From contig JBDQPD010000092.1 in assembly GCA_040260805.1 (NCBI GenBank), positions 1-14,148 on the forward strand: a stretch of 14,148 bases of DNA, in the 5' to 3' direction. This DNA comes from Myxococcota bacterium. GTDB taxonomy: Bacteria; Myxococcota; UBA4151. Numbering within the stretch: the stretch's first letter is position 1; every line of letters begins with the position of its first letter. The position numbers were made by a program, and so were the translations under genes. Shown one piece after another: positions 1 to 7,215 of this stretch. The notes below the pieces were generated by a model that saw only the letters and a list, made by a program, of their open reading frames with translations, did not search any database and was not told the DNA's origin.

Positions 1-2
1 AT

Positions 3-1607
3 CGTCACGCAACCAGCAAGTTGACCGACGACGCTCAGATTTTTCAGATCCGGACCTTGGGTTTTCGGGGTGAGGCGCTGGCGTCGATCGCATCGGTAGC
101 TCGGGTCACGCTGCAGACCGCTACGGCAAATGGCGAAGGCCATGAAGTGGTCATGATACCGGGTGAGCCGCCGAGAAAACGCTCGTTCACACGTGCCCGC
201 GGGACTCGAATCGCAGTGTCTGATCTGTTCTTTAACACGCCCGCTCGCCGCCAGTTCTTAAAAACCGAACGCGGCGAAGCCGGCGCGATTAAAACCTGGC
301 TGACCCGACTGGCGCTCGCCAATCCGAGCGTTGGCTTTACGCTGCGCGACGAGAAGAAGGAACGTCTTCGGGTGGCTGCTGCGTCGAATGAAGCCGAGCA
401 GATGGCTCGGATTGAGCAGCTCCTCGGGACCGGCTTAAAGGGCGGCTTGTTTCGCTTTGAAGCCGAGCGAGAAGGGTACCGCCTGCGAGCCTTTGCTGCG
501 CGACCCGATCTGTCGCGCCGTGATCGGCGCGGGCTGCAAATCTACATCAACGATCGCTTTATTGACGACCGGCGTCTCCAGCAGGCGATTATCGAAGGGT
601 TTCGTTCGGTCTTAGAGGTGGGCAGAAACCCTGTCGCTGTCGTCTTTTTGGAGATCCCGCCAGGTCTCGTCGATGTCAACGTCCACCCTCAAAAGACCGA
701 GGTCCGGCTGGCGCAGCCTCGGTTGGTATTTAGTTTGATCCGCAACGCGATCGTGGACGGTCTCGTGGATGCGCCATGGTTAGAGATACCCTCAGCAGCG
801 CGCCCAGCTCATCACGCCGAGGTGGGAGTGCGTGAGCAGGCGAGTTACCAGCCCCTGCCGAGTCCGCAGCGTTTAGCGAGCACGTCCATCTTCGGGGGTG
901 CCGGTGGAGCGTCGTCCTTGCGCAGCCTGTCCCAAAGCGTCGGCGCCCTTCCTAGGGCAGCGAGTCCCGTGATTCATGGGGTTGCGGCTCCAACTCCACC
1001 CACCGAGCCAGGTCTCTTAACGGGCATCCGTTATGCAGACCTTCGCGCGATTGGTCAGGTGGCGACGACTTATTTGTTGCTTGAAGGACCGGACGGCTTG
1101 GTCGTGGTGGATCAGCATGCCGCTCACGAACGCATCGTGTTTGGTCGGCTGCAGTGCGCTTTGGCTGGCGAGCATTTACCGCAGCAGGGTTTGTTGCTTC
1201 CCATTCGGCTTGAGCTCGATGGTGAGGAGGCCGCTGAGCTGCTCGGGCACCGCGACGTCGTGGAGAAGTTTGGTTTCGCCCTTGAGCTGCAAGACGACAA
1301 CCTCGTCATCACAGCTGTCCCGGCGTTGCTTGGTGGCGTGGATCCGCAGACCCTCTTGAGTGATCTGGCTGGAGCGTTAGCCGATGGCGGCGGAGAGGGC
1401 GAACTCGAGCGCGCCTTTGATGCAGTGATTGCGCGCTTGGCTTGCCATGGCTCGATTCGAGCCGGGCAGCGGCTAAGCGTTGAAGAGATCCAAGCGCTCA
1501 TGGTCGATCTTGATGACGCTGAGCATCGCAGCCACTGTCCCCACGGTAGGCCCTTTGTCGTACAGTTTGATGAACAGGCGTTTGAGCGATGGTTCCACCG
1601 AGACTAA
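3..1607 (+). CDS. mutL: DNA mismatch repair protein MutL (5'-truncated; endonuclease-type C-terminal domain)
   Basis: The frame is open from position 3 (RHATSKLTDD...), so the real start lies before the window and the TTG at 21 is internal. It contains the GHKL motifs RHATSK and TLGFRGEALASI, plus DLFFNTPARRQFLK, VDVNVHPQKTEVR, and the C-terminal motifs DQHAAHE, QGLLLP (beta-clamp-type), ACHGS, CPHGRP and FHR. Confidence 0.97.
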   Translation, partial: RHATSKLTDDAQIFQIRTLGFRGEALASIASVARVTLQTATANGEGHEVVMIPGEPPRKRSFTRARGTRIAVSDLFFNTPARRQFLKTERGEAGAIKTWLTRLALANPSVGFTLRDEKKERLRVAAASNEAEQMARIEQLLGTGLKGGLFRFEAEREGYRLRAFAARPDLSRRDRRGLQIYINDRFIDDRRLQQAIIEGFRSVLEVGRNPVAVVFLEIPPGLVDVNVHPQKTEVRLAQPRLVFSLIRNAIVDGLVDAPWLEIPSAARPAHHAEVGVREQASYQPLPSPQRLASTSIFGGAGGASSLRSLSQSVGALPRAASPVIHGVAAPTPPTEPGLLTGIRYADLRAIGQVATTYLLLEGPDGLVVVDQHAAHERIVFGRLQCALAGEHLPQQGLLLPIRLELDGEEAAELLGHRDVVEKFGFALELQDDNLVITAVPALLGGVDPQTLLSDLAGALADGGGEGELERAFDAVIARLACHGSIRAGQRLSVEEIQALMVDLDDAEHRSHCPHGRPFVVQFDEQAFERWFHRD

Positions 1608-2509
1608 CCCTTATCCAAGGGGCGACTGCGAGCGGTAAGAGTGGCTTAGCCTTGGCTCTAGCTCGGGCTTGGGACGCGGAAATCATCGGTGCCGATTCGA
1701 TGCAGGTGTTTGCGGGTATGGTGATCGGAACGGCGTCACCCTCAGCCGTCGAGCAGAGCCTCGTTCCGCACCATCTCATCGGCTGTTGGCAGCCCGATGA
1801 GGCGGTCAGCGTCGCGCGCTGGTCTGACGCTGTCGATGCCCTGCTCAAAGAGCGTCCTGAGCAGCGCTTTATCATCGTCGGCGGCACCAACATGTGGATC
1901 CGTCTTTGGTTGCAAGGGCAAATCGACGCGCCCGCTGTTGATGAGCATCTGCGTCAGGAGCTCGAACAACTCGAAACCGAGGTCTTACGTGCTCAGCTTG
2001 AGTCCGTTGATCCTGCAAGCGCCCAGACGATTCATGCGCACGATCGCTACCGAATGATCCGAGCGTTAGCGCACGCAAAACAAACGGGTCAGTTGCTCAG
2101 CACCGTGCGCCAAGAGCACGGCTGGGGTACGCCTCGTTACTCCTGTTTTCGGGTCGGTCTCTTACCGGAGAGAGCCTGGTTGCACGACCGAATCGCTCAA
2201 CGGGCTAAGGCGATGTATGCGCAAGGGTTAGCCGAAGAAGCCTTAGGCTTACGTGAGCGGTTTGGTGCGATCCGCCCCTTGAATGTCCTAGGGTACCGGG
2301 ACGCGCTTGAGCTCTGCGACGGCGCAATAACCCAAGAAGAAGCGCTGCATCGAACGACGCGAGACACCCGTCGGTACGCCAAAAGCCAAGAGACCTGGCT
2401 GCGGAAAGAGCCGCTTGAGATTCTCGGTGAAGCCGGAGCGCTCAAAAGCAGCGACGCGCAAGACCTCGCGCAGATGGCGATTCAGCGATGGCGTCAAAAG
2501 GGCGCCTAG
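1589..2509 (+). CDS. miaA: tRNA (adenosine(37)-N6)-dimethylallyltransferase MiaA
   Basis: P-loop GATASGKS, ADSMQV..GM.IGTA.P, VPHHLI, IVGGT and TRRYAK.Q.TW. Overlaps the mutL 3' end by 19 nt, matching the known mutL-miaA synteny. Confidence 0.95.
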   Translation: MVPPRLTLIQGATASGKSGLALALARAWDAEIIGADSMQVFAGMVIGTASPSAVEQSLVPHHLIGCWQPDEAVSVARWSDAVDALLKERPEQRFIIVGGTNMWIRLWLQGQIDAPAVDEHLRQELEQLETEVLRAQLESVDPASAQTIHAHDRYRMIRALAHAKQTGQLLSTVRQEHGWGTPRYSCFRVGLLPERAWLHDRIAQRAKAMYAQGLAEEALGLRERFGAIRPLNVLGYRDALELCDGAITQEEALHRTTRDTRRYAKSQETWLRKEPLEILGEAGALKSSDAQDLAQMAIQRWRQKGA

Positions 2510-4032
2510 AGACCCGCAGCTGCATGGGCGCGACGGCGGACTAAGCCACTGCGCAGCAACAGATCCATCGCTTCAAGGTCTTCTGCCAAGGCGCGGTCCT
2601 CTTCCAACGGCTCCACGACCTCGCGAACCGTTTCGTACGCCGCTTGAACACCTGGCGAGGCCTTCAGAGGTTGGTGAAACTCAATCGCCTGACAGGCGGT
2701 CATCAGCTCAATACCGAGCACTCTACCGACGTTATTGACGACCGAAACCGCCTTGTTCGCGGAGGTCATTCCCATGCTGACATGGTCCTCTCGGTTGGCT
2801 GAACTTGGGATCGAATCAACGCTCGCAGGGTGGCACAAAACCTTGTTCTCATTGATCAGCGCAGCGGCGGTGACCTGGGTGATCATCAGGCCTGAGTTAA
2901 GCCCCGGGTGTGGGGTCAGAAACGCAGGTAAACCACTGAGCGCCGGGTTCACTAATTGCTCGATTCGTCGCTCGGCGATATTCGCCAGTTCTGCGGTTGC
3001 AATGGCTAGATAATCCAGAGCTAATGCAAGGGGTTGGCCGTGAAAGTTTCCACCACTGATCGAGCGCTGCTCCTCGGCAAAAATTAGCGGGTTATCGGTC
3101 GCCGAATTGAGCTCGACTTCGAGCACTGAGCGGACGTGCGCTAGGGCGCCGCGCGTGGCGCCGTGAACTTGCGGCATGCAGCGCAAACAGTAGGGGTCTT
3201 GGACCCGTCCGCAGTCCTTGTGGCTCGCCATGATGTCGCTGTCGCGCAGGAGCGCTCTGAGCCGTCGAGCCGACTCGGTTTGCCCAGCGTGCGGTCGAGC
3301 GTTCATGATCAACTCATCAAAGGGCACATTGGTCCCTCTGAGCCCCTCGAGCGAGCAAGCGCCGGTGACATCTGCAAGGTCAGCTAAGCGCTCGGCTTGC
3401 AGCAAGACCATACTTCCCACCGCGAGCATTGCCTGCGTTCCATTCGTCAAACCTAAGCCTTCTTTGGCTTGAAGTTCGATCGGCGCTAAGCCGGCTTCAT
3501 CGAGCAATTCAGTCATCGGCCGCCAGGGACCATTGCCTTGCCGACCTTTTCCTTCGCCGATGATACCCATCGCGAGGTGGGCGAGCGGCGCCAGGTCGCC
3601 TGAGGCGCCGACCGAGCCTTTGGACGGAATATGAGGATGGATCTGACGATTGAGCATCTCGATGAGTCGCTCAACCACTTGAACACGAACGCCTGACACG
3701 CCGCGAGCGAGTACGTTTGCGCGCAGCGCCATCAACGCACGCGTCGCCTCGGTCTCGAGCGGCTGTCCGACGCCAACGGCATGACTGACGACGAGGTTGC
3801 GTTGCAGACGAGCCAGGTCGCTGCGCTCAACCGGCGTTTCAGCGAGCGCGCCAAACCCTGTGTTGATCCCATAAACCGGCTGGTCACCTTCAGCGATACG
3901 CTCCACCAGAGCGCGGCTAGCATTCATTCGTTCTTGGGCTTGCTCATCCAGACGCACAGGAGCGCCCAGAGCGATCTGCTCAAGTTGCTCAAGGGTTAGG
4001 GTCAGCCCATCGAGTTTTAGCACCTCGCTCAT
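2506..4032 (-). CDS. hutH: Histidine ammonia-lyase (histidase)
   Basis: VYGINTGFG, NLVVSHAVGVG (SH signature of HAL rather than PAL/TAL), MIO-forming GSVGASGDLAPLAH, NGTQ, RVQDPYCLRCMPQVHGA, NSATDNP, SGGNFHGQP and SANREDHVSMG. GGAGG lies 5 nt before the ATG. Confidence 0.96.
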   Translation of the reverse strand: MSEVLKLDGLTLTLEQLEQIALGAPVRLDEQAQERMNASRALVERIAEGDQPVYGINTGFGALAETPVERSDLARLQRNLVVSHAVGVGQPLETEATRALMALRANVLARGVSGVRVQVVERLIEMLNRQIHPHIPSKGSVGASGDLAPLAHLAMGIIGEGKGRQGNGPWRPMTELLDEAGLAPIELQAKEGLGLTNGTQAMLAVGSMVLLQAERLADLADVTGACSLEGLRGTNVPFDELIMNARPHAGQTESARRLRALLRDSDIMASHKDCGRVQDPYCLRCMPQVHGATRGALAHVRSVLEVELNSATDNPLIFAEEQRSISGGNFHGQPLALALDYLAIATAELANIAERRIEQLVNPALSGLPAFLTPHPGLNSGLMITQVTAAALINENKVLCHPASVDSIPSSANREDHVSMGMTSANKAVSVVNNVGRVLGIELMTACQAIEFHQPLKASPGVQAAYETVREVVEPLEEDRALAEDLEAMDLLLRSGLVRRRAHAAAGL

Positions 4033-4037
4033 GCAAA

Positions 4038-4042
4038 CCTCC
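4038..4042 (-). promoter_or_regulatory. Shine-Dalgarno site of hutH (GGAGG)
   Basis: cctcc on the + strand is GGAGG on the - strand, 5 nt upstream of the ATG at 4032. Confidence 0.8.
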
Positions 4043-4069
4043 GCAGCCCCCTTTAGGGAATGAGCGGCT

Positions 4070-4087
4070 TTCTGTCGACGGACAGAA
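4070..4087 (-). other. Short perfect hairpin (TTCTGTC-4 nt-GACAGAA) directly after the upstream gene's stop codon
   Basis: 7-bp perfect inverted repeat at 4070-4076 / 4081-4087, adjacent to the TAA at 4088-4090. No U-tract follows on the - strand, so it is not a typical intrinsic terminator. Confidence 0.4.
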
Positions 4088-5020
4088 TTAGTCGCCGTTG
4101 GCGGCGCCCCAGAAGCGCAGATCTGCGCGCCGGAAGAGCTCCTCGGCTTCGCCGCTGTTGGCGTCGATCAACAAGACCCTGCCCTCATCGGTGGTACCAA
4201 ACAGATACCCGAAGCTGGCGCTGAGGCCGTAGATCTTGATAAATCCAGTCGATCCAAGGACCCGTGGGGTCGCGTCGCGGCTGTCGACATAGACCAGCAG
4301 GTCGCCTTCATCCGAGGGCGCGGTCATGAGCAGCGAGTCGTCTTTCAAGACGACGCAGTCACCCGAGCTGCGGTAGGGATCGAGATTACCCAGAACCTCG
4401 ACATCACCGTCTAAGCTCACGGTGTAGGCTCGAGAATTGTTGGTCTCACTTTGGGTCAAATAGATGCGCCCCGTGCTGTCGATCGCCAAGCCGTTGGTGT
4501 TAGCCGGTGTATCGATCGACGCGACCACCTCATGACGACCTCGCTCGTCGAAACTCAGGAGTTCTTCACGGGTCACACCGATGAGGCGACCGTTTGGGTC
4601 TCGGTCAATATCAAGCACGCCCCGGCTGTCGGGGGTGGTCAAGGTTCCCGCCGGCGTCACCCGGTTGAGAAAGGGGTCGATCCGATAAAGGTCTTGGCGA
4701 CCATGCGCAAAGAAGGTGCAGTCGAGGCGCTCATTATTTTCCCCTGAACAGTTCTCATCGACGAAGGAGCAGCGCTCGGCTGCTTCGGGATGGCGCGACC
4801 GGTCTCGGTCATCACAATCGTTCCCGTCGCACTCGAGTGCGAGAAACCCATCACCGTCTTGATCGCAGCCTGGCGGAGGGCCGACGTCGGGTGGGGTAGG
4901 GCCCGTATCGGCGCCTAAGGTCACGCCAGCGTCGATGACAGCGACGCCGCCTGTCCCAGCCGGCTCCGCGGTCCCGCAGCCGATCGCTGTTAAGCTGATG
5001 ATCATCGCAAACTGACGCAC
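4088..5020 (-). CDS. Putative lipoprotein with a MopE-like Cys/Asp metal-binding motif and a beta-propeller-like C-terminal domain
   Basis: Start re-called to the GTG at 5020 (AGGGAG 6 nt upstream), which gives the signal peptide MRQFAMIISLTAIG-C. This is followed by a DAG/Pro-rich linker, CDQDGDGF..ECDGNDCDDRD...HPEAAERC..VDENCSG, and then repeated beta-strand units (LDIDRDPNGRLIG, NGLAIDSTGRIY, GDCVV..DDSLL, IYGLSASFGYLFG) ending in FWGA. Confidence 0.75.
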   Translation of the reverse strand: MRQFAMIISLTAIGCGTAEPAGTGGVAVIDAGVTLGADTGPTPPDVGPPPGCDQDGDGFLALECDGNDCDDRDRSRHPEAAERCSFVDENCSGENNERLDCTFFAHGRQDLYRIDPFLNRVTPAGTLTTPDSRGVLDIDRDPNGRLIGVTREELLSFDERGRHEVVASIDTPANTNGLAIDSTGRIYLTQSETNNSRAYTVSLDGDVEVLGNLDPYRSSGDCVVLKDDSLLMTAPSDEGDLLVYVDSRDATPRVLGSTGFIKIYGLSASFGYLFGTTDEGRVLLIDANSGEAEELFRRADLRFWGAANGD

Positions 5021-5154
5021 GCGCGGCTCCCTCTGCTTCGGCTGAATAGTTGGTTTCTTCGTCGCGTGCATCAGGCGAACGCGTATTTTTTGGCTGTTTT
5101 TTTGTGCTCTGGATTTGCGTCCCTAGGATTGTAGGTGCTTGGAGGTGCAAAGCC

Positions 5155-5967
5155 GTGCTTTACCTTAACCGAACTTCGTTAGTCCTCCTTTTGGGTGCGC
5201 TGTCCACAGGTTGTGTCAGTCTGCGTTCAGATCCCTACACGCCCTTAGCGAGCCACGATCCGCTGTATTCGCCGGGTCACAGCCAAGCTGGCGGGCGATT
5301 CTTGCTCGGTTTAGCTGACCCGCAGCGCAAGGCGCCGGTGAATCAGCCTCCGACCCTGCTGGCGGATGGTTCAAAAACCAACCCTCGTAGCTGGGGTGTT
5401 CAGGGTAAACGCTACCAAAAAGGACCGATTCGGGTTTCGGATCGCCACGCCGAGCGTCAGCGCTTAGCCGACGCCGCGGTGAGTTTAGTGGGTAGCCGGG
5501 AGATCGTGGTCGGGGGACAGGCGTTTCCTAAAGACTGCTCCGGCTTTGTTCGCGCCGTCTACGCCAGTCGAGGAATTGATGTGTACCGCACGCCACGTGT
5601 CCAACGTACCGACAATGGGGTGCGGATTATTCACAAGTTCTCCGATGACCGCGGCGGCTTGCACCGCCGAGTCTTTCCGCAGGTAGGGGATTTGGTCTTC
5701 TTTGACCGCACCTGGGATCGTAACGGGAATGGTCGCTCGACCGATGATCGTTTGACCCATGTGGGCATCGTCGAGCACGTCGATGACGACGGAACCGTTC
5801 ACTTTGTCCACCGCATCACGGGCGGTATCGTGCGCCAGCGCATGAACCTTTTGTACCCCGACCAACATGCAACCAAGGGTAAGGTCATCAACGACTGGCT
5901 CAAGCGCGGCGGACGTGACCGCTTAGCGGGTAAGCTCTTTGCTGGCTTTGGTACGGTGGTTCGCTAA
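5155..5967 (+). CDS. NlpC/P60-CHAP family cysteine peptidase lipoprotein (putative peptidoglycan hydrolase)
   Basis: Start re-called to the GTG at 5155 (GGAGGT at 5141-5146), which gives the signal peptide MLYLNRTSLVLLLGALSTG-C. Catalytic Cys in DCSGFV, GDLVFF, catalytic His in LTHVGIV, and a third polar residue in VHFVH. Confidence 0.85.
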   Translation: MLYLNRTSLVLLLGALSTGCVSLRSDPYTPLASHDPLYSPGHSQAGGRFLLGLADPQRKAPVNQPPTLLADGSKTNPRSWGVQGKRYQKGPIRVSDRHAERQRLADAAVSLVGSREIVVGGQAFPKDCSGFVRAVYASRGIDVYRTPRVQRTDNGVRIIHKFSDDRGGLHRRVFPQVGDLVFFDRTWDRNGNGRSTDDRLTHVGIVEHVDDDGTVHFVHRITGGIVRQRMNLLYPDQHATKGKVINDWLKRGGRDRLAGKLFAGFGTVVR

Positions 5968-5994
5968 CGAGCGCAGTCGCCGCTTCCCAAACCT

Positions 5995-7215
5995 CTAGGT
6001 TTGGCGAGGATCCGTTGCGTCGCGCAGACCTTCACCCGCCAGGTTGTAGGCGGTGACCGTCAAGAAGATCAGCACGCCAGGCCAGGTCACGATCCACCAG
6101 TAGTAAGGATAGGTTCGTGCAAGGCTAAGGGCTTCACCCCAGCTCGGCGTCGGCGCTTGAACGCCAAAGCCGAGGAAACTCAGCGAGCTTTCGACCAAAA
6201 TCGCACCCGCAATACCGAAGGTGGCGGACACCAGCACCGGCGCGATGGCGTTGGGTAGAACGTGCCGAACTAGAATCACGGCGTCTTTGTTGCCCATCGC
6301 TCGGGCTGCGGCGATGTATTCCATATTCTTAACTTTGAGCACTTCCGCACGGAAGAGTCGGGCCACACCTGTCCATCGAGTCAGACCGATGACGATCATG
6401 ATGTTCCAAATGCTTGGGTCCACCAAAGCCAACACGGTGATGATCAAGAAGAAGCTCGGGAAGCAGATCACAACCTCGATAATGCGGGACAAGACAAGAT
6501 CAATCCAGCCACCGTAAAAGCCTGCGAGACCGCCGAGAATAAGCCCGATCAAGACGTAGATGCTGACCGAAACAAAGCCCACCAACAGACTCACTCGTGT
6601 ACCGTGAACCAACCGAGCCGCTAGATCACGCCCCAGGTCATCGGTGCCGAGCAGGTGGTTTCCCCAGCCGAAAGACTGCGGCGCACCTAAGCGAGCGCGC
6701 AGGTCCGTGTCGTCCATGGAGTAAGGGATCGGCGCAAAGAGGGCCCAGTTCCCTTCGCCCATTTCGAAGCTAAAGCTGCGCCAGTTGTCGACCATTTGAA
6801 GGTCCTGAGGTAGCGGGCTAAAGCTCATGTTTGGGATCCCTGTCAGGGCGACCGCAAGCACCGCCGCGACCAGCAGGCGATGTCGATTCGTTTGTCGCCA
6901 CAGCAGCACTAAGATCACCGCCGCTACCAGCGCAGGGTAGATCGCCCAGCGCAGCTCAAAGCTGTCCGTGCGTTGCAGCCATGGGCTGTACCATCCGCCG
7001 TTGAAACGCAGGAGCAGAGGCGAGCCATTAGCGATGAGATCTGCGGCGATATAAAGGGTGCCAAAGCCGATCAGCATCCACATACTCATGCGGTTGATGA
7101 GGCGCTTGTTAAAGGTCACCCAGACGCGGCTCCAGTAGCCCTCGCTTTGCGGTTCGTGTTCCGCCACTTGGCTCGAGTTTGGATCGAATTCGACTTGCGT
7201 AGAATCAGTCGTCAT
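5995..7215 (-). CDS. Peptide/nickel ABC transporter permease, OppC/DppC/YejE-like
   Basis: HLLGTDDLGRD..ARLVHGTRVSLLVG, GL.AGFYGGWID, EAA loop EYIAAARAMG, RHVLPNA..P, ESSLSFLGFG..PTPSWG, GEGLRDATDPR. Likely start is the ATG at 7215, which overlaps the upstream gene by 11 nt. The segment ADLIANGSPLLLRFNGGWYSP resembles YejE. Confidence 0.92.
   Translation of the reverse strand: MTTDSTQVEFDPNSSQVAEHEPQSEGYWSRVWVTFNKRLINRMSMWMLIGFGTLYIAADLIANGSPLLLRFNGGWYSPWLQRTDSFELRWAIYPALVAAVILVLLWRQTNRHRLLVAAVLAVALTGIPNMSFSPLPQDLQMVDNWRSFSFEMGEGNWALFAPIPYSMDDTDLRARLGAPQSFGWGNHLLGTDDLGRDLAARLVHGTRVSLLVGFVSVSIYVLIGLILGGLAGFYGGWIDLVLSRIIEVVICFPSFFLIITVLALVDPSIWNIMIVIGLTRWTGVARLFRAEVLKVKNMEYIAAARAMGNKDAVILVRHVLPNAIAPVLVSATFGIAGAILVESSLSFLGFGVQAPTPSWGEALSLARTYPYYWWIVTWPGVLIFLTVTAYNLAGEGLRDATDPRQT

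Noticed and set aside
2506..4032. MIO enzyme as a PAL/TAL/aminomutase of a secondary-metabolite cluster
   Set aside because: It has the HAL-type SH signature and HutH-typical motifs, and no biosynthetic genes lie nearby.
5063..5091. CGCGT...ACGCG stem followed by a T-run as an intrinsic terminator
   Set aside because: Only a 5-bp stem with an 11-nt loop, and there is no upstream + strand gene to terminate.
5050..5154. Track N-terminal extensions of the two divergent genes (starts 5050 and 5071)
   Set aside because: They would overlap head-to-head and bury the signal peptides. Better SD-supported GTG starts exist at 5155 and 5020.
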